From IMG/VR virus record IMGVR_UViG_3300043803_001772: DNA of 64,000 nucleotides; one strand, written 5' to 3'. The notes beneath the pieces are model-generated. The model was not told the DNA's origin and did no database searches. It saw only the letters and a program-made list of their open reading frames with translations. This document shows positions 24,762 to 34,680 of this stretch, in pieces. The translations under genes were made by a program, and so were the position numbers. Positions within the stretch are counted from its first letter, which is position 1. Every line of letters begins with the position of its first letter. This DNA is from a virus. Its lineage: Duplodnaviria; Heunggongvirae; Uroviricota; Caudoviricetes.

Positions 24762-26129
24762 TTAACTAAAATTTCTTCCCCAAGTAAATGATTGTGATAT
24801 TGCTAACAAATATCCAGATTGTTTGTTTTGCTGTGCACCAAATACAAATGACATTAAATTGCTTGCGGTTTGTACTCCAACACCAAAACTTCTCCAATTT
24901 GAATTGAGTGATTCAGTGTCATTGAAAGTAGCTACCTTAGTTATAGTATAACCAAAACTACTTGTTGGATAAACTCTTCTATAAACAGGTGTTGCATCAA
25001 TTGATTTGGTAATAAAATTTGTATTTCTTGTTATGTTGGTACCCCAACTAGGACTAGATCCACTATTTGTGCTGGTAAATACATACAATCCTCTATATGA
25101 AGAAGGTAAACCATATTTACTTGTTTGATTAAAGAAATATGGTTCATTGCCATGTAATCCACTGTCAGTATATGTGGTTAATCCACTACCACTTACTTTG
25201 CTTAATCCGTAAAGATTCATTTGAGAATTACCACCTTTATTGCTTCCACTTAAACTAACAGAACCAGTAAGTGCCGTTGTGGGCGACATTGTTACTCTTA
25301 AACTATAAAAAACAGTTATATTTTGACCTGCTTTCACAGGAGCTAGTGCTGTACCTGCGGATCCAGATGTTAATCGTATTCTGCTAAATAGTGATGGACT
25401 ATTAAAGAATGGCAACCAACTTAAACCAACTTCTGTGACATATGCGGTTTGATCAACTGTTGCGGCAGCAAAATTAAATTGTCTATTGTGTGTTACAAAA
25501 CTACTTCCAAATGTAGTACTACAAGCCGATCCGAAACTTCCTGATGCAGCTGGAAAGTTGTTTCCATCATTGTTACGTCCACATTTTTGAGTTTCATTGG
25601 ACATACTAATTTGATTGGTAAAATAAATTGTATAATTTTTATCTGTAGCAGAACCTGTTGGTACACTGCCATCCAAATTCAATACACTACAACTTCTAGC
25701 TTGATTTGAACCAGTTTGTGCTTTTATTCTAAATGTATTATCCCCAACTATATTAATGATATTACCAACATCACTTGCTCTAATTACACTGCCTGATATA
25801 GGATACGATGGACTTGTTCTTGGAAATGTTACTAAATGTCCACTTCTCTTTGCCGTTGAATATAACAAATTTTGATCAAATCCATTTCCAGAAATAATAG
25901 ATCCGGTCACAGGTACATTTGTTTTTTTAGTTTCAGCTAAACCAGTACCAATAGAACAACAAGTAAACAATTCTGCAATTGGCCTATTAGCAACTTCATC
26001 CATTCCTTGGTTCAATATTAAGTTATTAATATAACCAGTATCTTTAATCACTGTGTCTCCCTCTGAGACAGTTAATCTAACTTGACCGTGTAGTTTATAA
26101 TCAATATTGTTACTAATAGAGTTTTGCAT
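24762..26129 (-). CDS. virion structural protein (455 aa), distant paralog of 57578-59650
   Basis: Shares RIRLTSGSAGTALAPVKAGQNITVFYSLRVTMSP with KIRLDPPITLHAGQYLRVNYELRVNMSP in 57578-59650. Confidence 0.5.
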   Translation of the reverse strand: MQNSISNNIDYKLHGQVRLTVSEGDTVIKDTGYINNLILNQGMDEVANRPIAELFTCCSIGTGLAETKKTNVPVTGSIISGNGFDQNLLYSTAKRSGHLVTFPRTSPSYPISGSVIRASDVGNIINIVGDNTFRIKAQTGSNQARSCSVLNLDGSVPTGSATDKNYTIYFTNQISMSNETQKCGRNNDGNNFPAASGSFGSACSTTFGSSFVTHNRQFNFAAATVDQTAYVTEVGLSWLPFFNSPSLFSRIRLTSGSAGTALAPVKAGQNITVFYSLRVTMSPTTALTGSVSLSGSNKGGNSQMNLYGLSKVSGSGLTTYTDSGLHGNEPYFFNQTSKYGLPSSYRGLYVFTSTNSGSSPSWGTNITRNTNFITKSIDATPVYRRVYPTSSFGYTITKVATFNDTESLNSNWRSFGVGVQTASNLMSFVFGAQQNKQSGYLLAISQSFTWGRNFS

Positions 26130-26137
26130 TTGTACCT

Positions 26138-27379
26138 TTAGTCTGTTAATAAATAGGAGTCATCCTCTAAATAAATATATTTAAAATTCTGAAATGCTAA
26201 AGTAGAACCCGTAGCATTACTTTGACTCATATAATAATTTGTAAACAATAATAAATTGTTAGAACCAGTTTCATTTAGTCGCACATTACTTATCGTTTCT
26301 TTGATTAATATATCATTATTTTCAAGATATATTGCTCTATCGTTTTGATAACCAATTTGACTTGCTAATGACGATGAAGCATCAGCAAGTATATATTTAG
26401 TACTTAAACTTGTAGTATTGGAGCCTGTTTCATTTAGTCGCACATTACTTATTGTTTCTTTGATTAATATATCATTGTTTTCCAAGTAAATAGCTCTATC
26501 GTTTTGATAACCAATTTGTGTAGCGGACGTTGACACCGTATCAGCTAATGTATATTTGGTATTTAAAATTGTTGTACTTGATCCAGTTTCATTTAGTCTT
26601 GTAATAGGTGGCGGTGCCTCTGTTATGAAAATGTCTAGATTTTGTAGATAAACAGCTTTATTATTTTGATATATTATTGAATCTCCGGCACCATTGGATT
26701 CAACTAAGAAATACTTGGTATTTAATGATGTATTTAAACTGCTTGTTTCATTTTGTAGTGTGTTGCTTACAGTTTCTTGTATAAATATATCAAAATTCTG
26801 TAAATAGATGCTACGGTTGTTTTGATAAACTATATTGGTTGATGTACTACTAGCTACACTTTCACTAGCATAATATTTAGTTTTTAATAAAGTGCTAAAA
26901 CTGCCTGTTTCACTTTGTCTGGTGTTGCTTACAGTTTCTTGTATAAATACATCAAAATTTTGCAAATAGATGGATCTATTATTTTGATAAATTAAATTGT
27001 TAGTGCTTGAGGCGGCTACACTTTCACTAGCATAATACTTGGTGTTTAATGATGTATTTAAACTGCTTGTTTCATTTTGTAGTGTGTTGCTTACAGTTTC
27101 TTGTACAAATATATCAAAATTTTGTAGGTAAATGCTTCTATTATTTTGATAAATTAAATTGGTTGATGTACTACTAGCTATACTTTCACTAGCATAGTAC
27201 TTAGGTGAAACAGTGTTGAATAATGTGGGTCTATCAGAAACGAATTTATTGTAAAAACTACTATATGCAATTGCCACTGATCCAGTTCTAAATCCACTGC
27301 CAGTAGCGAATAATCTAGATTCAATATTTTGTCGTTTATTGTTAGCAAATACTAGATAATTACGAAATATAGCAGGCAT
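26138..27379 (-). CDS. repeat protein (413 aa) built from about six 54-aa tandem repeats
   Basis: KYYASESVASSTSTNLIYQNNRSIYLQNFDIFVQETVSNTLQNETSSLNTSLNT repeated. Encoded by a 162-bp DNA tandem array. Confidence 0.5.
   Translation of the reverse strand: MPAIFRNYLVFANNKRQNIESRLFATGSGFRTGSVAIAYSSFYNKFVSDRPTLFNTVSPKYYASESIASSTSTNLIYQNNRSIYLQNFDIFVQETVSNTLQNETSSLNTSLNTKYYASESVAASSTNNLIYQNNRSIYLQNFDVFIQETVSNTRQSETGSFSTLLKTKYYASESVASSTSTNIVYQNNRSIYLQNFDIFIQETVSNTLQNETSSLNTSLNTKYFLVESNGAGDSIIYQNNKAVYLQNLDIFITEAPPPITRLNETGSSTTILNTKYTLADTVSTSATQIGYQNDRAIYLENNDILIKETISNVRLNETGSNTTSLSTKYILADASSSLASQIGYQNDRAIYLENNDILIKETISNVRLNETGSNNLLLFTNYYMSQSNATGSTLAFQNFKYIYLEDDSYLLTD
26270..27240. repeat. 162-bp tandem repeat array, about 6 copies (encodes 54-aa protein repeats)
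   Basis: Period seen directly: 26276/26438 and 26745/26907/27069 share tcatt(t/a)(a/g)gt...cttacagtttcttgtataaata blocks. Confidence 0.6.
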
Positions 27380-27387
27380 ATAACAAT

Positions 27388-28251
27388 TTACTGATAATTT
27401 TCTGTAGAACTACCAAGAATATAATTATTAGATCTTAGAAAAGTGTAAATTGATGTTGCACTCGGTAAAATATTAGTGGGATAGAGTGAATTTGCCCATT
27501 TAACTGTAACTGGAAACGTTGGAAGAACATTGTTTGAACCTGTATTGTTTAATATGACGACTATAGCACTACCTGTTCCAACATTTGTAAACGTATAAGT
27601 TTCACTAGTTGATACATTTTTTTCAAGTGTATTATTGGTCCAGTTAATTGATGTACCTGACAGTGTAGCTATCGTATAATTAGTTAAAGCATTTATCGCA
27701 AAAGTAGCATAACTGCTTGTAATTGGATAACTACTACCTGTACTTAAAGAAGATCCTCCGCTAGCATTTAAAGCGTAACTAGCTGTAATCGATCTTCTCG
27801 AATAACTGCTTGTTATGGGATACGTACTTCCAGTAAATAATGTAGTACCGCTTATACCACTACTTCCACTACTACCACTTGAACCATTGGTGCCGGATGT
27901 ACCACTTGTTCCACTAGTGCCACTGGTACCACTTGTTCCACTGGTGCCACTGGTGCCACTTGATCCACTAGTACCACTGTTACCTGATGTACCACTCGTA
28001 CCAGCATTTGCGTTTAAAGCGTAACTAGCTGTAATTGATCTTACCGCATAACTACTTGTTATAGGATAAGTACTACCTGTACTTAAAGTTGTTCCTCCAG
28101 CTCCTGACTTCAGTGAGTAACTAGCGGTCAAAGATCTTAAAGCGTAACTACTTGATCCAATTATTGTATTTTTAAAAAAAACACTACCACTTACTTTAAG
28201 TGATCCGCTTAAAATAGTTGATCCGGATAATGTCGGTGAGTAAATGATCAT
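27388..28251 (-). CDS. collagen-like (Gly-X-Y, proline-free) short fibre protein (287 aa)
   Basis: (GTS/GSS)n tract of about 40 triplets flanked by TGSTYPITSSY..SITASYALNA repeats shared with the giant fibres. Confidence 0.5.
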   Translation of the reverse strand: MIIYSPTLSGSTILSGSLKVSGSVFFKNTIIGSSSYALRSLTASYSLKSGAGGTTLSTGSTYPITSSYAVRSITASYALNANAGTSGTSGNSGTSGSSGTSGTSGTSGTSGTSGTSGTSGTNGSSGSSGSSGISGTTLFTGSTYPITSSYSRRSITASYALNASGGSSLSTGSSYPITSSYATFAINALTNYTIATLSGTSINWTNNTLEKNVSTSETYTFTNVGTGSAIVVILNNTGSNNVLPTFPVTVKWANSLYPTNILPSATSIYTFLRSNNYILGSSTENYQ

Positions 28252-28285
28252 ATTTTATATAAATAGAGATTGGTTATTATAAATT

Positions 28286-31200
28286 TTATGTTATTCGTAT
28301 TTGTAGTATATTTCCATTGCGGTACACGCCACCGCGTGGTACTCCGCCAGTACCAGCCGCAGTATCATTTGCGAAATTTAGTGATGCTGATACATAAGAC
28401 AATATCAGATATCCATTGCTAATCGTCTGACTATTTTTAAAATTATTACTACCGGTTGTTGCTAAATTAGATGCAGCTGGTATTGTTCTTAATCCACTTC
28501 TTGTGGCAATGGCATATCCACTACTTGATACAGGAAAAGTAATTGTAGCCGTATTTAAATTTGTAAGTACAATGGTTTGTGGTAATACTTGGTTAAAACT
28601 ATTATTATAAGTTTGTATCAATACTGGTTTACTACCAAGATTGTGATTAAATGTCCACGTGGGGGAATTATTAAAAGAAGAACTTACACTGTCACTATTT
28701 AATAAATTAAGAGCTACACTAGCAGTAATTGCTTTTCTTGACCAACTACTGGTTATAGGATAAGTACTGCCTGTATATAGTTTATAACTACTGCTCAATA
28801 CTCTTAATCCACCCATCGTCGCAATAGCTGTTCCAGCAACAGGCGATGGAAAAATCATTCTTATATGATTTGCATCTAACCATTTAGTTGTTGTGGGTAA
28901 TATTAATTCATATACATTATTATAAGCTTGTACGACAACTTGTTTTTGACCCAAACTATGAGTAAAATTCCATGTTGTAGAACTTCCAAAAGATTGAGTT
29001 ACACTATTGCCAAAGTTGTTAGCATAACTAGCTGTAATTGCTTTGAAAGCCCAGCTACTGGTTATAGGATATTTACTACTTGTATAAATTCTAGTGCCTG
29101 CATTAACAGCCCAACTACTGGTTATAGGATAAGTACTGCCTGTATTTAAGTTGTAATAACCATAACTGCTACTAAATATTCGTACACCACCTCTGGTTGC
29201 AATAGCATAACCACTAGCTGATATTGGGAACGTTAATCTAGCACTATTAACTGTATCCAATATAATACTTTGAGGTATTATTTGATTATAACTTGTATTA
29301 TAGGCTTGAATTACTACAGTTCGTTCACCCAAGTTATGATTAAATGTCCAAGTAGCTAAATTATTGAATGATTGTGTAACACTGTTACCAAAGTTAAGAG
29401 CATAACTAGCAGTTAATACTCTAGTGGCCCAACTGCTTGTTATAGGATATTTACTACCAGTGTGTAATGATGATCCACCTCCACCCCCACCAGCGGCGTT
29501 ACCCAAAAATCTAACATCAATCTTTGAATTTAATGGCGGTGCAGATGCTAATGTGAGTGTAGATCCAGTTACAGTATAACTTGAACTGTAATTTTGCACT
29601 ACACCGTTAATAGCAACTATAATATCATAACTGCGTATTACACTTTGTGTAAGCGCATATTGTGTAACAATACCATTGCTTGTAAATGTTTGCGCATTGG
29701 CAATACCAACTATACCACTGGTGCCACTTGTACCGTTTGCACCACCCCCAGTAAATTTAACAACGTGTATTTCTTCATTTAATAGTGGTGGGGAAGTAAA
29801 TGTCAATACACCTGAACTGAGTGTATAATCAACACCATTATTTAAAGTAATACCGCCAAGAAATACCAATGAATTTGTGCCGGTAAATGTATTATTATTT
29901 AAATTAAAAACAGATCCACTGCCATTGCCACTACGTGTAATATTAGTCAAACTCAATGAAGCAGTGCCACTAGTTCCATTTACTACATACAATGCCCAAC
30001 TTGCAGTAATAGGATAACTACTACCAGTGTACAAAGAACTACCACCACCAGTAGCATTTAAAGCATAACTAGCAGTTATAGCTCTACTAGCAGTAATTGG
30101 ATATGTGCTTCCTGTTATTAAAAGAGTACCACTGTTTCCACTTGATCCGCTACTTCCAGTTTCACCACTACTTCCACTACTACCATTAGTTCCACTAAAT
30201 CCACTGCTTCCGCTTGTACCACTTTGACCACTAGTACCACTGGTACCAGTAGCGCCACTTGTTCCACTAGATCCACTTGTGCCGCTCGTACCAAATGTTT
30301 CACCGCTTGTACCGGCAGTAGCCGCAGTACCACTTGTACCACTACTTCCACTACTACCACTACTTCCGCTACTACCACTAGATCCACTGGTACCGCTACT
30401 ACCACTTGTACCACTAGATCCACTTGTACCGCTTGTACCAAATGTTTCACCACTCGTACCAGCAGTAGCTGCAGTACCACTGGTGCCACTACTTCCTCCT
30501 GTACCACTACTTCCACTTGATCCGCTACTACCACTTGTACCATTAACTCCAGAAGTGCCACTGGTACCACTTGTACCGTCACTGCCTGATGTACCGCTTG
30601 ATCCACTGGTACCACTACTGCCACTGCTTCCAGCGGTGCCACTTGTTCCACTACTACCGCTACTTCCACTTGTTCCACTTTGACCACTACTGCCACTGCT
30701 TCCAGTAGTACCACTTGTTCCGCTAGTACCACTGGTACCATTTGTATCTACTATGTTGATTGTACCAATCATAGAACTATGATTTGCACATTGATAAACT
30801 ATACTGCTCGGCGCATTCAGTGGAACATCATATATTATTGTAACATTGTAAGCTCCATTTACAGGATCATTATTTGTTGTTCCTGGCACAACAGATGTAT
30901 CACCATTTGACAATCTTAAAGCAAACGGATGTGTTGATGATACAGATGTAAGATTAAAATAGTGTTTTAATCCACGTACTACGGTGATGGTTGGATTACT
31001 ACCGGATATATTATTAAAAGTATAATAAAATCCAGGTGAATTTACTACAAACGTTTTACCGCCTTCCAATCCACTTGTACCACTGGTACCGCTAGATCCA
31101 CTACTACCACCGCTTCCGCTACTGCCACTTGTTCCATTTTGACCACTTGTACCAGATGTTCCACTTGTACCATCACTTCCGCTTGTACCACTAGTACCGC

Positions 31201-31888
31201 TTGAGCCTGTTAATCCACTTGTGCCACTTGTACCAGATGAACCACTGCTTCCACTACTACCACTACTACCGCTAGATCCACTACTTCCACTGGTACCTGA
31301 TGTACCACTTGTACCGCTGGTGCCACTACTTCCAGCTGTGCCTGATGTACCTGATGTACCACTGGTTGTTTGATTTAAAGCGTAACTTGCGGTTACTGCC
31401 CAACTTGCAGTTATGGGATATGTACTTGATGTAAACAGTTTGGTACCACTGTTTAATGCCCAACTTGCGGTTATAGGATAGGTACTACCTGTATATAATT
31501 TGGTGCCACCGTTTAATGCCCAACTTGCAGTTATTGGATAAACACTACCTGTATATATTTTTGTACCACCGTTTAAAGCGTAACTTGCGGTGGTTGTTCT
31601 AAAAGCATAACTTGATGATCTAGCTGTTAATGCGTAACTAGCTGTTGTGGATCTTCTAGCATAACTTGCAGATGTTGCGTTAAATGAATAACTGGAAGAT
31701 AAAGAGTAACTAGCTGAAATTGCTTTTCTTGAGAAACTGGCAGTTATGTTTGGGGAAGAAAAAAGAGTACTGATATCAATCTTTTTACTTGACCCAGAAA
31801 AAAAGCTGCCTGTATCACTTACATCAATTACATACAGCAAATCATTGATAGACGCTGTAAATAATTGTGGTAGATCTGTTATTCTCAT
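28286..31888 (-). CDS. giant tail-fibre protein (1200 aa) with RITDL anchor, two collagen-like tracts and 20-aa YPITASW repeats
   Basis: MRITDLPQLFTASINDLLYVIDVSD...KKIDISTLF N-terminus. ALNGGTKLYTGSTYPITASW x3. Two G-(T/S)-S tracts with an internal duplication (GTSGTAATAGTSGETFGTSG twice). Confidence 0.6.
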   Translation of the reverse strand: MRITDLPQLFTASINDLLYVIDVSDTGSFFSGSSKKIDISTLFSSPNITASFSRKAISASYSLSSSYSFNATSASYARRSTTASYALTARSSSYAFRTTTASYALNGGTKIYTGSVYPITASWALNGGTKLYTGSTYPITASWALNSGTKLFTSSTYPITASWAVTASYALNQTTSGTSGTSGTAGSSGTSGTSGTSGTSGSSGSSGSSGSSGSSGSSGTSGTSGLTGSSGTSGTSGSDGTSGTSGTSGQNGTSGSSGSGGSSGSSGTSGTSGLEGGKTFVVNSPGFYYTFNNISGSNPTITVVRGLKHYFNLTSVSSTHPFALRLSNGDTSVVPGTTNNDPVNGAYNVTIIYDVPLNAPSSIVYQCANHSSMIGTINIVDTNGTSGTSGTSGTTGSSGSSGQSGTSGSSGSSGTSGTAGSSGSSGTSGSSGTSGSDGTSGTSGTSGVNGTSGSSGSSGSSGTGGSSGTSGTAATAGTSGETFGTSGTSGSSGTSGSSGTSGSSGSSGSSGSSGSSGTSGTAATAGTSGETFGTSGTSGSSGTSGATGTSGTSGQSGTSGSSGFSGTNGSSGSSGETGSSGSSGNSGTLLITGSTYPITASRAITASYALNATGGGSSLYTGSSYPITASWALYVVNGTSGTASLSLTNITRSGNGSGSVFNLNNNTFTGTNSLVFLGGITLNNGVDYTLSSGVLTFTSPPLLNEEIHVVKFTGGGANGTSGTSGIVGIANAQTFTSNGIVTQYALTQSVIRSYDIIVAINGVVQNYSSSYTVTGSTLTLASAPPLNSKIDVRFLGNAAGGGGGGSSLHTGSKYPITSSWATRVLTASYALNFGNSVTQSFNNLATWTFNHNLGERTVVIQAYNTSYNQIIPQSIILDTVNSARLTFPISASGYAIATRGGVRIFSSSYGYYNLNTGSTYPITSSWAVNAGTRIYTSSKYPITSSWAFKAITASYANNFGNSVTQSFGSSTTWNFTHSLGQKQVVVQAYNNVYELILPTTTKWLDANHIRMIFPSPVAGTAIATMGGLRVLSSSYKLYTGSTYPITSSWSRKAITASVALNLLNSDSVSSSFNNSPTWTFNHNLGSKPVLIQTYNNSFNQVLPQTIVLTNLNTATITFPVSSSGYAIATRSGLRTIPAASNLATTGSNNFKNSQTISNGYLILSYVSASLNFANDTAAGTGGVPRGGVYRNGNILQIRIT
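30088..30703. repeat. GGN/AGY-rich collagen-like triplet-repeat DNA (G-T/S-S)n
   Basis: More than 600 nt of 9-nt-periodic accactDccgct-type repeats. The complementary strand gives spurious PLVP ORFs. Confidence 0.6.
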
Positions 31889-31912
31889 TCTTTAATAAAT
31901 ATTAAAACACTA

Positions 31913-34363
31913 CTATATATCTATACTAAATCCATATTCATCCACCAATGTTCCGCCATCTTCTAATGCTGCTTCTACCCAAATACCTGAAGTTGCGCTT
32001 ATTTTACGTTCACTATTGGAACAATTGAGTATTACAGGCAATTTCCAGTTGGAACCTGTATCATATTGATATATCGGCCAGTTTTTTGTAACGAAACTGG
32101 CTCTATAAGGTGTATTATAATCAAAGTTGGTTACATACAAACCAGGATTAGAATTACCTATTACTTGAAATGCTAAATCTTGACCATAATTTACTATACT
32201 TTGCGTTAAATTACCCCCACTCATATAATAAACTATATTGACTTGATTTACATAGTTTGTGGGAGAATCACTATTAAACGTTACAGTTGAAGCGGTACTA
32301 TATGGTCTAAATGTTGTATTTGAACCCAATACAGTTTCACTAATATTAGGTGTATATGATATATCTTTAAATGACCCAGACAATTTTGTCTTGTTATTTA
32401 TATCACTTTCACTTCGTAATGATGATAATCTATTGTTTGCACTAACATTTACTTCAAATCTAATATCATCATATTTCAATGATTTTAAGTTTGATGATTG
32501 ATTTACCAACTTATTATTAGATTCATCTTCATATACCAATTTTTTCAAATTATCGGTGGTATTAACCAATTTACCATATTCACCCAAAGAATAATTCAAA
32601 CTATTTAATGCCACATTGTATGTCATATTATTTGAATACGGTCCTTGAAACATACTCAAATTGGTCAATACACTGCTATTTTGCGTAACTGTTCTGATAT
32701 ATTCGTTGGGTACAAATGTTATGGAATGTAAAGAAGTTGCAAATGAAGCATTATCACCATAATCAGCGGATTTTAGTAGTAAACCATTTAAACCATTGGT
32801 TTGCGCAACCAAATCAATTTCATATTGATTGTAATTTAAACTACTAATAGTGAAATTTTCATTTACAATTTCAAGTTGTACATTATTATGACTTAAACTA
32901 CCCAAAACATTATTTGAAATTGAATTATCACCAAAATTAATATAGTTGCTTAAACCATTTAAAGATATAGAGTTATTGGATATATCAGAAAAATTTGTGT
33001 AATTGTTTAAACCGATTATATTACTTGTATTAATTGATGTGTCATTATAATTTACATAATACCCCGAGGATTTTAGTACTAATGAATTATTGGATGCATC
33101 AGTATAATTTATATAATATCCAGAAGATTTTAATGTTAATGAATTATTAGATGCGTCAGTATAGTTAACATAATACTGCGATCCTAACGTAGATACAGCA
33201 TTTTGTGATGCATCATAAAAATCCACATAGTACTGTGATCCTAACGTAGATACAGCATTTTGTGATGCATCATAAAAATCCACATAGTACTGTGAACCCA
33301 CTGTAGATAATGCGTTTTGAGATGCATCATAAAAGTTAACATAATATTGTGAACCCAATACCGTTAATGAGGTTTGTGATGCATCATAAAAATCTACATA
33401 ATACTGCGAACCCACCGTGGATACTGCGGTTTGTGACGCATCATAAAAATCTACATAGTATTCTGAACCAGCTACTGATACATCTATTTGCGATGAATCG
33501 GTATAGTCTACATAATATTGTGAACCAACTGTAGATACTGCGGTTTGTGATGCATCAAATATATTTGTGTAATAAGATGATCCAAATAACTGTACATTAT
33601 TGTTTCCAATATCAACTTGAGATGGTAAATGTAATGTGCTATATAAGTTAACACTATTAACTGAATTATCAATATCAGGTTTATAATTTGTGATACTGTT
33701 AAGTGACGTATTAGTATTACCACCATCTAATATATCTGTATAATAATTTGAACCATTTAATGCTATATTTGTTATTATTTGATCAGATAGATTTTTGTAG
33801 TGATCTACACTGTTTAGTGTATTGTATATAACACTTGAATTTAATATTGGAGTATCATATACGGTACTATTTAGTGTTATATTTTGATTACCAACATTTA
33901 TTTTTGGATCAACTAATTGAACGTTTGAAACGTTAATTGAATTAAAAACAGGATCACCTTCAAGTTTTAAACTTGTGTTATTTAAGGTAGGAGATATTGT
34001 AGCTGATTCTACAGATGCGTTTGTGTATACAACACTGTTTAGTGATTGTGCATAATCAATTTTATCCCCTATTGATGTTGGAATAGAAATACTATTGAGA
34101 GAACTGTATAATGTAGCTGGATTATATAGTGGAATAACATTAGCTGAACGTAATGTTATATTATTGGTAGCTGATTCTGTATCTAATTTGGTAAGAGCGG
34201 AGTTTAGTGTGAGGTTTAAACTTGCACTTTCAACTACTTTGACTCGGAAAATGAGATTGCGTCTATTTAATGAAAGAGGCGTACCCAAATACTTTCTGGT
34301 GAGAAATACTGGGTAGATCGGATTAAATAGAAACGACGATGAATTTGTAGCTCTAAATATCAT
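31913..34363 (-). CDS. fibre/adhesin protein (816 aa) with about ten 19-aa tandem repeats
   Basis: VGSQYYVDFYDASQ(T/N)AVST repeated. Encoded by a 57-bp DNA tandem array at about 33050-33560. Confidence 0.55.
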   Translation of the reverse strand: MIFRATNSSSFLFNPIYPVFLTRKYLGTPLSLNRRNLIFRVKVVESASLNLTLNSALTKLDTESATNNITLRSANVIPLYNPATLYSSLNSISIPTSIGDKIDYAQSLNSVVYTNASVESATISPTLNNTSLKLEGDPVFNSINVSNVQLVDPKINVGNQNITLNSTVYDTPILNSSVIYNTLNSVDHYKNLSDQIITNIALNGSNYYTDILDGGNTNTSLNSITNYKPDIDNSVNSVNLYSTLHLPSQVDIGNNNVQLFGSSYYTNIFDASQTAVSTVGSQYYVDYTDSSQIDVSVAGSEYYVDFYDASQTAVSTVGSQYYVDFYDASQTSLTVLGSQYYVNFYDASQNALSTVGSQYYVDFYDASQNAVSTLGSQYYVDFYDASQNAVSTLGSQYYVNYTDASNNSLTLKSSGYYINYTDASNNSLVLKSSGYYVNYNDTSINTSNIIGLNNYTNFSDISNNSISLNGLSNYINFGDNSISNNVLGSLSHNNVQLEIVNENFTISSLNYNQYEIDLVAQTNGLNGLLLKSADYGDNASFATSLHSITFVPNEYIRTVTQNSSVLTNLSMFQGPYSNNMTYNVALNSLNYSLGEYGKLVNTTDNLKKLVYEDESNNKLVNQSSNLKSLKYDDIRFEVNVSANNRLSSLRSESDINNKTKLSGSFKDISYTPNISETVLGSNTTFRPYSTASTVTFNSDSPTNYVNQVNIVYYMSGGNLTQSIVNYGQDLAFQVIGNSNPGLYVTNFDYNTPYRASFVTKNWPIYQYDTGSNWKLPVILNCSNSERKISATSGIWVEAALEDGGTLVDEYGFSIDI
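33050..33560. repeat. 57-bp tandem repeat array, about 9-10 copies (encodes 19-aa repeats)
   Basis: Identical 57-mers at 33180 and 33237 (gatcctaacgtagatacagcattttgtgatgcatcataaaaatccacatagtactgt). Diverging copies on both sides. Confidence 0.6.
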
Positions 34364-34402
34364 TGGTTTATATACATATTATAAACCAAATAGATAAATA
34401 TG

Positions 34403-34675
34403 TTAGAATGGAGGATTTGGATCGGTCCATTCAGGTGTGGCTAATATATTTAATATTTCTGGATAAGTGTATGGACCTTCTGTGGTGGTCATTTGACTGA
34501 AAAATTCAGGTGTTGCGCCATCCCATTTACAAAATGTTTTGGTACCATCAACACTTTTTCTTACAGTGTCAATTGAAGTTTCTTGTACTTTAGTGAAATC
34601 TACAAGATTCAATTCACTTACATTGAATATCATAAATTCTCTATCCTCGTATATTGTTACATTTGTTTCACTCAT
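34403..34675 (-). CDS. hypothetical small protein (90 aa)
   Basis: ORF between the fibre gene and the LamG triplet. No motif recognised. Confidence 0.4.
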   Translation of the reverse strand: MSETNVTIYEDREFMIFNVSELNLVDFTKVQETSIDTVRKSVDGTKTFCKWDGATPEFFSQMTTTEGPYTYPEILNILATPEWTDPNPPF

Positions 34676-34680
34676 AAATT

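Noticed and set aside
34364-34402. Palindrome tggtttata-tacatat-tataaacca upstream of the 816-aa fibre gene as a terminator
   Set aside because: AT-only 9-bp stem with no following T-run on the transcribed (minus) strand. Could be a regulatory site, but evidence is insufficient.
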